NCBI GenBank assembly: GCA_017881445.1
Contig: JADGQX010000002.1
Span: 610 to 64,609 of the forward strand
Origin: Gemmatimonadota bacterium
Lineage (GTDB): Bacteria > Gemmatimonadota > Gemmatimonadetes > Longimicrobiales > RSA9
Direction: 5' to 3'
DNA length: 64,000 nucleotides
Under the pieces are notes generated by a model. That model did no database searches and was not told the origin of the DNA. It saw only the letters and a list, made by a program, of their open reading frames with translations. Shown piece after piece: positions 45,176-53,558 of the stretch (position 1 is its first letter; every line of letters starts with the position of its first letter). The position numbers were made by a program, and so were the translations under genes.

Positions 45176-46252
45176 TCACTTACTACCCGATGGAATTGTG
45201 TAGTATTCGATCGTGTCCCTCCAGGTGAGCTCTTCACCCGGCTGGATATCGACGGCGATATAAGGCTCTACCGCCAGCACCGTCCGAATCGACCACAACA
45301 TGGACCTGATCAGCGGACGATCGCCGACGATCCTGACCCCGGTTCCTGTCTTCTTGTTCTCGATGATGACTTCGTGGTCCCTGGCGCTGTCACCAAAGCC
45401 CTGGTACAGCACTATCGCTTCGTCCTGTCCCGCCAGCGGCCTCCGGTAGACGACCTCATTCCCTCGGACTTCGGCCATCTCCGCCTTGGGCAGCCGGGTC
45501 GCTTTGATCTCGAAAGGCACCCTGAAGGTGAAGTCCGGCCCTGGCGGCTGCTTGTCCATCATCATGAAGTGATGGTTGTACACGTTGCTGTTGATGGCGC
45601 GTTTACCGGTGTTCTTCATGCTGTGCTCGATCACCAGCACCGGTTTCCCTTTCTCCAGCCGCACCACCTTGTGGTACACGTAAGCCCAGCCGAGATCCGG
45701 CGCGGACAGCTCCTGCGTGAATTCGACCGAATCCTTCCGCTTCCTGACCGTCCACTTGCCCGGGTCCAGAACGTCGTAGGGCACAAAGCGGTTGTACCTC
45801 CCATCACCCCTTCGCAGCACGCCCACTCCGAGTTTGATGAAAGTGCCACCCGGCTGGGCCTCGTCCCATCCCAGAGGCGTCTCGAACTCGTTCACGGGTC
45901 CGGCTAGCGCGCTGCAGGGTCCGGACACAATTTCCGATCCCCGGAAGACCCAGTTCACGACCTTGGGGTCCACCCGGTCGTACCACACTCCATAGAATTC
46001 GTGGCCCTTGTAGACCAGGCTGTAGACAGCGCCGGACCAGTCGAAGCGGGTGGAGCGATAATACCCGTTGCGCGCATCCGGCAGATACAGCTTCGCCGTT
46101 ATCTGTCCGTTCGAAATCTCCGTCTGCGGAAAGTCCGCTGCGGGTCGTGGCGTCGGGCCGAAGGACAGGCTGAACAGCATGCTGCCGGGCAAGGCTGCCG
46201 CCACGATGGAGCGCAGGACTTGCCCGATCCAGAAGGTAGTTATCAAGGTCAT
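45176..46252 (-). CDS. hypothetical exported protein, unknown function
   Basis: The 358-aa ORF has normal amino-acid composition and a hydrophobic N-terminus (IGQVLRSIVAAALPGSMLF). Its GC is lower than the surroundings. AGGA lies 11 nt before the ATG. I recognise no motif. The beta-rich sequence is vaguely mutarotase-like, but that is only an impression. Confidence 0.55.
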   Translation of the reverse strand: MTLITTFWIGQVLRSIVAAALPGSMLFSLSFGPTPRPAADFPQTEISNGQITAKLYLPDARNGYYRSTRFDWSGAVYSLVYKGHEFYGVWYDRVDPKVVNWVFRGSEIVSGPCSALAGPVNEFETPLGWDEAQPGGTFIKLGVGVLRRGDGRYNRFVPYDVLDPGKWTVRKRKDSVEFTQELSAPDLGWAYVYHKVVRLEKGKPVLVIEHSMKNTGKRAINSNVYNHHFMMMDKQPPGPDFTFRVPFEIKATRLPKAEMAEVRGNEVVYRRPLAGQDEAIVLYQGFGDSARDHEVIIENKKTGTGVRIVGDRPLIRSMLWSIRTVLAVEPYIAVDIQPGEELTWRDTIEYYTIPSGSK

Positions 46253-46417
46253 GTCGAAATCGTCCTCAGGAACCAGAATCGAATGAAGTTATGTAGAGGA
46301 CATCAGATTGCCGGCGGTAGTCGCCACTTCAACCCCCAGAACCCGGCCGGGCAGCCACCTGCGCTGCGCCGACCGGGCCGTCTAGCATTGACTACACCCA
46401 TCGCGACGTGCGTCGCT

Positions 46418-49072
46418 TCAGTGTGTCCCCTTCGCCTCCGGTGCGAGCATATCGTTCACGGCCATCGTCAGGAAGATGTAGGCTCCACTGAACGCGATCT
46501 CGTACTCGTTCTCACCCCACAGGAAGGGCCAGTCGTCCAGGTTCTCCGGGAAGTCCGGCTTGAGAACCAGCACGCCGGGCACGATGCCGCCGGCAATGAA
46601 CGTGAAGTCCGCGCGGTTGTTGCCGTAGGCCACGTGCTTGGGGCGAGCTCCGACCCCGGACACGAATGAATAGTTGTGGTACGGGTGCGTCCCGAAGAGG
46701 TAGTCCAGGCCGCGAGTGACCAGCTCGGTGCCGAAGAGATCGGGGTACGCCTTGTGGAGGTAGTAATTGGTCGTCGCCCAGTTGACCACGCCATTGTCAC
46801 CGCCCCAGCTGCCTGTGCCACCGACCGGCACGCCGTAGGGATTCTGCTTGTTCAGACTGTCGACGGAAGCCCGGTACCGCTCGGCATAGGGGCGCAGCTT
46901 TCGAGCGTAGGCGGCATCCATGAACGGAACCGCCTGCGCCGCGAGCGTGAGGTTCTGGTCTCCGAACCCGACGAAGCCGCCGACCCGGTTCACGGGCCGG
47001 TCCAGGGCCGCCCAGATCAGGCCGTTGAACTGGTCGAGGTACTCCTGCTTCCGGGTGGCGAGCCACAGCTGCAGCGCCGCCGAGGCCGCGCTGCCGCCGT
47101 CGAATCCACGAGGCCGGACCTGCGTGGGGGGCGGGGGCGGAGCGGCCCGTGCCGTCGCATACGCCTTCTCCGCGAGAGAGAGGCATTCGACCGCCAGGGA
47201 ATCGTTGAAGCCGCGCAACGACCGGCTGGCCGCGGCCAGCCCGTCGACCCCGAGATAGCTGCTGCTGGGCGGCGAGGGCATGTAGACCCAGCGGTCGTCG
47301 TTCGTGCCGCTCCGGCCGTCCCGGACCTCGTAGGGCTTCAGTGACGGGTCGTAGATCAGGTTGTCCGTCTGGGTCGAGGCGTCACCCAGGTGCGTGTACG
47401 TGTGCATCTGGGCGTCCACCACGCCGCGCGACAACCCACCGATCGTGCGGAACTGTGCCGCGACCTGCAGCGCGCCGTGCTCAAGCTGCTCCAGCACGTC
47501 GGGTCGACCGTCCGGCTGGTGGATGGCCACGTAGCGGAGCTTCTGGTCGACCAGAGTCTGGTCGTGCTGCGGGTGGAAGGTCTCCCAGATGTTGGCGAGC
47601 TCCGCGACCATGAGGCCGTGGTGGCCTCCCTGCATGTCGAAGTCGCCGGCGTCGAACCAGCCACCCACCGCCAGTCCGGGGATCCGCTCGCCCGGCTTGT
47701 ACGGCGTATTCGTCGTGTCGCTCGTCCGGTAGCCGTCGAAGTGCTGCTCGTGCAGCGGCGCCTGCCGCGCATCATCGAGATGGGCCGCGCCGTGCCAGAC
47801 GCGATAGGCCTCGTTCACGAACATGTGGTCCATCGAGACCGGAATGTACACGTCGAGGGTCGGGTGCCAGACGCGCTCGTAGACGTCGTCCGCGATCGGG
47901 AAGGCGCCCGTCTGCTGCGTGCCGTACCGGATCAAGTAGATGCCGGGATCCTTCACCGCCGAGAAGTCCGCCACCACGTAGTTGTAGCGCAGGTACTTGC
48001 CCCAGGGCTGGATCTTCACCTTCAGCTTCTCCACCTGGCGCCCGTCGGACCCGACCTCGATCAGCGACGCCGTCGGCAGCGGCTTATCGTTCGGATCCAG
48101 CTCGATGACCGCGCGCTTCGGCTGCGAGGGGAGGTAGCCGACCTGGGAGAAGCCGATGTTGGGGGGGCGCGTCCAATTGGGGACCGTGTGCGGCTCGACG
48201 TGCCATTCGGCCACCTTGCCGGTCGTTCCGGTGGCGAGCAACGAGCGCACCACGTACCAGCCATTCTGGGCGAGGTTACGTCCGTCGAACACCTGCAGAT
48301 CACGCAGTGACGAGTGCATCGTGACGGACCGCGCCGGGTCTTCCGGGGCCATCAGCAGGGTTTTCCCGGCGGCAAAGGGGAGCGCCTCGATGTAGTCCGG
48401 GTGCCCATGGAGGTCGAAGGTCGAAAACCCCGATAACCCCGAAGGGTACATCGGGATCTTCCGCGCTTCCGGAACCGACTCGGTCGGCCCAGTCGGATAC
48501 CGCGGGAAGATCCCGGGCTTTCCGTCCACCACATACGTGTGCTCCCAGAACTCCGTAGGCCGGAACTCCATGTTGAGCGCGGCGTGACCCTCGAGCGCCG
48601 CAGGCACCGGCTTGTCCACGAAAACGGCGACGTTGAAGCCGGCGCCCTCCGGCTTCACCACCATGCGCGAGTTGAAGTCGTAGGCCTCGTAGCGGAGCGT
48701 CACCTCGATGGTGTTGGTCGCCTTGTCGACCTTCCGGTCGAGGAGCAGCGGGAGCAGGTCCCACTGCTCGGGCGTGGGACTCAGGCGCACGGCGCCGCCC
48801 GTCGCGGTGCGCACCCCGCTCTGGATGAGCATCATGCCGGCCAGGTGGTCATCGAAAAACACGCCGGTGTACGTGTTCTCGAAGACGAGAACGTTGACCC
48901 CCCGCTTTGCGAAGTATCCCTGGTCGTTGAGGGTCAGCTGCTGGTCCTGCGCCGATCCGCTTGCCGGCAACAGACCGAGCGCAAGGACGAGAGTCGAGAC
49001 CAGCCGGAGCGTCCACGCCGGCGCGCAAGCGGCCCGGCGAGGAAGTGCGTCCGTGTCTGTGTGCTGCCGCAT
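46418..49072 (-). CDS. GH9-family glycoside hydrolase with an Ig-like domain and a ~330-aa unrecognised N-terminal region, secreted
   Basis: GH9 blocks are present: GLAVGGWFDAGDFDMQGGHHG, an alpha/alpha-barrel body, and C-terminal DDWPFLWGENEYEIAFSGAY. I chose ATG 49072 (MRQHTD...LVLALGLLPASGSAQ) rather than the track start at 49330. Confidence 0.8.
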   Translation of the reverse strand: MRQHTDTDALPRRAACAPAWTLRLVSTLVLALGLLPASGSAQDQQLTLNDQGYFAKRGVNVLVFENTYTGVFFDDHLAGMMLIQSGVRTATGGAVRLSPTPEQWDLLPLLLDRKVDKATNTIEVTLRYEAYDFNSRMVVKPEGAGFNVAVFVDKPVPAALEGHAALNMEFRPTEFWEHTYVVDGKPGIFPRYPTGPTESVPEARKIPMYPSGLSGFSTFDLHGHPDYIEALPFAAGKTLLMAPEDPARSVTMHSSLRDLQVFDGRNLAQNGWYVVRSLLATGTTGKVAEWHVEPHTVPNWTRPPNIGFSQVGYLPSQPKRAVIELDPNDKPLPTASLIEVGSDGRQVEKLKVKIQPWGKYLRYNYVVADFSAVKDPGIYLIRYGTQQTGAFPIADDVYERVWHPTLDVYIPVSMDHMFVNEAYRVWHGAAHLDDARQAPLHEQHFDGYRTSDTTNTPYKPGERIPGLAVGGWFDAGDFDMQGGHHGLMVAELANIWETFHPQHDQTLVDQKLRYVAIHQPDGRPDVLEQLEHGALQVAAQFRTIGGLSRGVVDAQMHTYTHLGDASTQTDNLIYDPSLKPYEVRDGRSGTNDDRWVYMPSPPSSSYLGVDGLAAASRSLRGFNDSLAVECLSLAEKAYATARAAPPPPPTQVRPRGFDGGSAASAALQLWLATRKQEYLDQFNGLIWAALDRPVNRVGGFVGFGDQNLTLAAQAVPFMDAAYARKLRPYAERYRASVDSLNKQNPYGVPVGGTGSWGGDNGVVNWATTNYYLHKAYPDLFGTELVTRGLDYLFGTHPYHNYSFVSGVGARPKHVAYGNNRADFTFIAGGIVPGVLVLKPDFPENLDDWPFLWGENEYEIAFSGAYIFLTMAVNDMLAPEAKGTH

Positions 49073-49418
49073 GTTCCGCTCCGGTTGGGGGGAGGGTCGG
49101 AGAAATGATGTGTGCAACCGGGCTGACAAGGTCATAACCCGCGCGCTTGCAGGGACCGACAGCGTGGGGCGCCCCAGGGCCACGCTTTTCCGGACACTTC
49201 GGCCCGTTGCTCCCGGGCCCTTCGTGCTCACGGTTTCGGCCGCATGGTTTCCTGCCGCGAGCGGCTGAATGACCGGGCGAATCTGAAGCGCAGGGGCACA
49301 GCACAGCAGTACAAGATTGGTTGTCCCCAAAACCGGGTCAAGTGTTATTGAAATGGTACGCGGGTTGGTTTAGGTTGGGGCATCCTCGAAAATTGCCGTT
49401 CCGGCCGAAGGAGGCAAC

Positions 49419-51848
49419 ATGCCGGAGAGCCATCCGGTGTCGAAAGCTCCGTGGATCTGCTCGCTCGCCGTGCTGTCCGTGCTGACGCAGCTATCCTGCG
49501 CCCATGGCCCTCCCGGTGCGGTCGGCCCCAATCGCGTTGGGGCGAACCCCGCCGGAGTGGTGCAAGGCACCGCGGCTCCCACCCTCAGGGCCGTTCGCAA
49601 CAGCTCGGGTGAGTGGGGGATCGAACTGGCCGGCGTGGAAACGGCAAGACTGATGCAGGCCCAGCCGGCGCAGCTCGAGCTTTATTCGCCGGACGGGCAG
49701 ATCCGGCAGTTCGCGGCGGGCTACGATGCCGTGCAGCAGGCCGCGGGAGAAGTCGCGGGGAAGGCCGTGATCGACGCGGGAGGCGGTGCGAGCATCACCG
49801 TAGCCGACCATTGGGCCCTCGAGGACGGTGTGGTCACCCTCGACCGTACCGTTGCCGTAACCGGCACGCGGCCGGGCGCAGGATTCTCTTCCGCCATTCG
49901 CCTGTATACGGTGCCCGAGCTCACCTGGCCCGACGTCAGCTTCCTGGCCCCTGGCCTGCTCTACGGCGATCCCACCTACAACGGGCCGCGCTCGCCCGGC
50001 GGAACCCTGTACGATGCGGACCGGCAGTTCACCATCCGTGAGGACTTTCTGCCGGCGCCGCTGTTCGGTGTGGCCCTGCGTAATGGCGAAACGTTCACGC
50101 TGCTGGACATGGCGCCGCAGGGACACAGCACCCTGGGAGAGACCCGCACCGGCCTGAATCCCGGAGTGCTGATCGATGAGCGACTCTCTTTCGGCGGACT
50201 GGGCGCCAGGGAAGCGGCTAACGGCGGCGTCGAAATCGGTTTCTGGCTGCCGGGTAGTACACGGGTGTTGCCGCGGCCCCAGTTCGGCGGGCCCGGTGGC
50301 GGGGCACCAGCTGGCGGGCGCCCGGCCGGGGCGCCTCCTGCCGGCCCACCCGCCGCTGGCGCACCCCGAGCAGGCGCGGCCGCTGCCGGCGGGGCGCAGG
50401 CCTCAGAGCCTACGCAATTCGAGTGGTCGCGCCGATACAACCCGGTGCAGGCAGGCTTTCGGCAGCATTACCGGATCGGTTTCCGCTTTGCTGCCGGTGA
50501 GTCCTTCCCGGATCTGACGCGCGACGCGTATCGCTGGGCCTGGGCGGTTCTGAAGCCGCAGCTGAACTGGCACGACATGGAGGTGGTGCGGCGCAGTCTG
50601 ACGGACCAGCTCTCGAGCCAGGTCTACACCATCGACGGTCGTACCGGCCTGCCGTTCATCGTCTACACCCATTCCGGCGAAGTCTGGCGCCGCGACGGCG
50701 ATCCGGACTTCTACTGGCGGGCCACCATGGGCTTCGTCGGCAAGAACATCGAGGCGGCCGACCAGTTGCTGCGTGAAGCGGAGCGCGATCACGGCCCGCG
50801 CGGGCAGAAGCTGCGGCAGCAGGGCTTGGACGTGATCAGCACCTTCATTCGACTGGTGCCGATGAACCCGCCCACCAGCACGGGCTTTAATCTCCGGAAC
50901 GGCGGTCCGTCCATGACCAACCCGCCCGTCTGGTACGTGCGGGAGGCGACGGAGGACATGCGGATGCTGATGGAAGCCTACCGGCGCGAGCGGGCGGCGG
51001 GTCGCGAGCATCCCGAGTGGATCAGGTGGTGCCAGGACTTTGCCGATTGGCTGATCAAGCTGCAGCGTGCGGACGGCTCCTTCCCACGCTCCTTCATGAT
51101 CAACACCAGCGAGATCCGGGAGGAATCAGGCACCACCAGTTACAACGTGGTGCCGCTCTTCGTGATGCTCAGCCAGGATCGGCACGATGACCGGTACTTC
51201 GATGCTGCGGTCCGGGCGGCCGAGTACGTGTGGCGCAGCTTCGGCACGCGCGGTGTGTTCATCGGCGGAGCGATCGACAATCCCAATATCACGGACAAGG
51301 AGGCCGGTCTGCTGTCCATGGAGGCCTTCCTCTTCCTGTACGAACGGACGAAGCAGCCGAAGTGGCTGCACCGGGCACAGGTGGCGGGTGACTTTGCCGA
51401 GAGCTGGATGTGGCTCTGGAACAACCCGATGCCCGATGATGCCAACGACGATTCGCTGATGTGGAAGCGGAGCGTGCCGACCGTCGGGGTGCAGGGCATC
51501 ACTGCGCAAGTGGCCGGGCACGTAGACCAGTACCTGGACTGGTCGGTGCCGGCCTACGCGAAGCTATACCGCTACACCGGCGACGGGCACTACCGCGAGC
51601 TGGCCCGGATCCTCTTGCACAACACCAAGGGGATGATGGCCATGCCCGGCCGCCTGCACGGCATGATCGCGCCCGGGTGGCAGACGGAGAACTGGCGCAT
51701 GGGCGCGGCCCGCGAGGGGCGAGGCTTCGGCACGCCGGAGAAGTGGATGCCCTGGGTGACCACCAATCACCTGTACAGCATCACCGGCCTGGAGCAGTTC
51801 GATCCGGAGCTGTTCGCGGAACTGAGTGCCCGACCCCGGGGCAACTGA
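49419..51848 (+). CDS. unassigned secreted protein family, member B
   Basis: GGAGG lies 5 nt before the ATG, and the gene is 809 aa. Blocks are MGFVGKNIEAA, DGSFPRSF, IGGAIDNPNITDKEAGLLSMEAFLFLYERTKQPKWL, GDFAESW, NNPMPDD, VDQYLDW, PGWQTENW and WVTTNH. A Gly/Pro/Ala low-complexity insert lies at 50281..50410. Confidence 0.85.
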   Translation: MPESHPVSKAPWICSLAVLSVLTQLSCAHGPPGAVGPNRVGANPAGVVQGTAAPTLRAVRNSSGEWGIELAGVETARLMQAQPAQLELYSPDGQIRQFAAGYDAVQQAAGEVAGKAVIDAGGGASITVADHWALEDGVVTLDRTVAVTGTRPGAGFSSAIRLYTVPELTWPDVSFLAPGLLYGDPTYNGPRSPGGTLYDADRQFTIREDFLPAPLFGVALRNGETFTLLDMAPQGHSTLGETRTGLNPGVLIDERLSFGGLGAREAANGGVEIGFWLPGSTRVLPRPQFGGPGGGAPAGGRPAGAPPAGPPAAGAPRAGAAAAGGAQASEPTQFEWSRRYNPVQAGFRQHYRIGFRFAAGESFPDLTRDAYRWAWAVLKPQLNWHDMEVVRRSLTDQLSSQVYTIDGRTGLPFIVYTHSGEVWRRDGDPDFYWRATMGFVGKNIEAADQLLREAERDHGPRGQKLRQQGLDVISTFIRLVPMNPPTSTGFNLRNGGPSMTNPPVWYVREATEDMRMLMEAYRRERAAGREHPEWIRWCQDFADWLIKLQRADGSFPRSFMINTSEIREESGTTSYNVVPLFVMLSQDRHDDRYFDAAVRAAEYVWRSFGTRGVFIGGAIDNPNITDKEAGLLSMEAFLFLYERTKQPKWLHRAQVAGDFAESWMWLWNNPMPDDANDDSLMWKRSVPTVGVQGITAQVAGHVDQYLDWSVPAYAKLYRYTGDGHYRELARILLHNTKGMMAMPGRLHGMIAPGWQTENWRMGAAREGRGFGTPEKWMPWVTTNHLYSITGLEQFDPELFAELSARPRGN

Positions 51849-51901
51849 GCGGCTTCGATTCCCTTTGCCAACGACTACCCGTTCCGCTGATGGAGGCTTG
51901 C

Positions 51902-53512
51902 ATGAAGACATACCGTTCCCTGCTCGGCTGCCTGCTCGCGGTCAGCGCCGCCGCCGGTGGCACCGTGTCCCCGCTCTCAGCACAGCAGTCGCCGAGCGAG
52001 ACTCACCGTATCGAACAGGTGCGCCTCGAGCGGATCCCCACGGCCGACCTCGGCAACGGCTACTACAGGAACCCTGTCCTGGTGGGGTTCGGCTCGGACA
52101 ACAGCGTGGTCCGCGTCGGCAGCGACTTCTACATGATCGCGGGCGGCGGTGAGTTCATCTGGCACTCGCGGGACCTGGTGAACTGGCGCCCGCTCACCCG
52201 CGCACTGACGACTCCCGGTCGCACGTGGGCGTCGGACATCAGCTTCCATGACGGGCGGTACTACATCTACACCACCTTCAATGACCCGTCCAAGCTCAGG
52301 CCCGAGCACCGCGGGCTGACCGGTGCGCAGGTGAGCATCCTGGGCACCACCTCAAAGAGCACCGGCGAACCTTCGTTCGACAACGTGGTCCTCAGCGCCG
52401 ACCGGCCGGAGGGGCCGTGGAGCAAGCCCACAAGCATAGGTGTGTTCGGGCTGTTCGACCCGGGCACCATCGTCACTCCGGAAGGGCGCCGGTTCCTGTT
52501 CTTCAACCGCGGCATGATGATCGAGATGACGCGTGATGGGACGAGCACGATTGGAGATGTGAAGCGGGTTTACGAGGGCTGGCAGTATCCCGCCAACTGG
52601 GTGCTGGAGTGCCACTGCCTGGAGGCGCCCAAGCCGCTCTTCCACAACGGTTGGTACTACATGAGCAGCGCCGAAGGCGGCACGGGCGGACCCGCGACCG
52701 CGCACATGGGGGTGATCGCGCGCGCGAAGTCGCTGGCCGGTCCCTGGGAGAACTCTCCGTATAACCCGATCGTTCGCTCCCAGAGCCGCGACGAGAAGTG
52801 GTGGCGACAGGGCCACGGCACTCTCATTGACGACGTCGCCGGCAACTGGTGGTTCATGTACACCGGCTACGCCAGCGATGCCGCGTACATGGGCAAGCAA
52901 AGCATGCTGCTGCCCATCGAGTGGACCGCCGATGGCTGGCCGCGCGTGCCCGCCGGCGTCAATGCCACCGACGTGCTGCGGAAGCCGGCCGGCGAGAACG
53001 TCGGCCACGGTATGCCGCTTTCCGACGACTTCAGCTCGAACACCATGGGCATACAGTGGATGTCGGCCGCGGATGCGAACCCGGCCGAGCTGTTCACCGT
53101 GGGTGGCGGACAACTGCGCATGAAGGCGGCCGGCACTTCACCGGCGAATGCCACCAGGCTGAACCTCGCCGCGGTGAACAAGGCCTACGAGGTCGATGTG
53201 GATGTGGAGATCGGGGACCATTCCGAGGGCGGGATCATGATCGGCCCGGTCAATGCCGGGCTTCGCAAGGGTGAGGCGTTCGGCTACTGGCCCTCGGTTC
53301 CGAATGCCCTGCCCTGGGAGAAGAACCGGATCAGCGTCAGGATCCGCAACGATCGCGGCGACATCTCGTTCTTCTGGAGCAGTGACGGGACCACCTGGCA
53401 GCATTTCCCGAATGGCGGAGCGGTCAATACGCCCACGCGCAGCCTTTCGCTTTACGCAGCGGGCGAAGGCGAAGTCGTATTCCGGAACTTCCGGTACCGC
53501 GGCCTGGACTGA
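51902..53512 (+). CDS. GH43 beta-xylosidase/alpha-L-arabinofuranosidase type with a C-terminal GH43_C2 (ConA-like) domain, secreted
   Basis: GGAGG precedes ATG 51902. Blocks are GNGYYRNPVLVG, IWHSRDLVNW, LEAPKPLFHNGWYYMSSAEGGTGG, SPYNPIV and MLLPIEWTADGWP. It is a paralogue of 60288..61868. Confidence 0.85.
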   Translation: MKTYRSLLGCLLAVSAAAGGTVSPLSAQQSPSETHRIEQVRLERIPTADLGNGYYRNPVLVGFGSDNSVVRVGSDFYMIAGGGEFIWHSRDLVNWRPLTRALTTPGRTWASDISFHDGRYYIYTTFNDPSKLRPEHRGLTGAQVSILGTTSKSTGEPSFDNVVLSADRPEGPWSKPTSIGVFGLFDPGTIVTPEGRRFLFFNRGMMIEMTRDGTSTIGDVKRVYEGWQYPANWVLECHCLEAPKPLFHNGWYYMSSAEGGTGGPATAHMGVIARAKSLAGPWENSPYNPIVRSQSRDEKWWRQGHGTLIDDVAGNWWFMYTGYASDAAYMGKQSMLLPIEWTADGWPRVPAGVNATDVLRKPAGENVGHGMPLSDDFSSNTMGIQWMSAADANPAELFTVGGGQLRMKAAGTSPANATRLNLAAVNKAYEVDVDVEIGDHSEGGIMIGPVNAGLRKGEAFGYWPSVPNALPWEKNRISVRIRNDRGDISFFWSSDGTTWQHFPNGGAVNTPTRSLSLYAAGEGEVVFRNFRYRGLD

Positions 53513-53558
53513 CGGTTCACGGACGACACTGGCCATCTGCATTCGAGAGAAATGAGCC

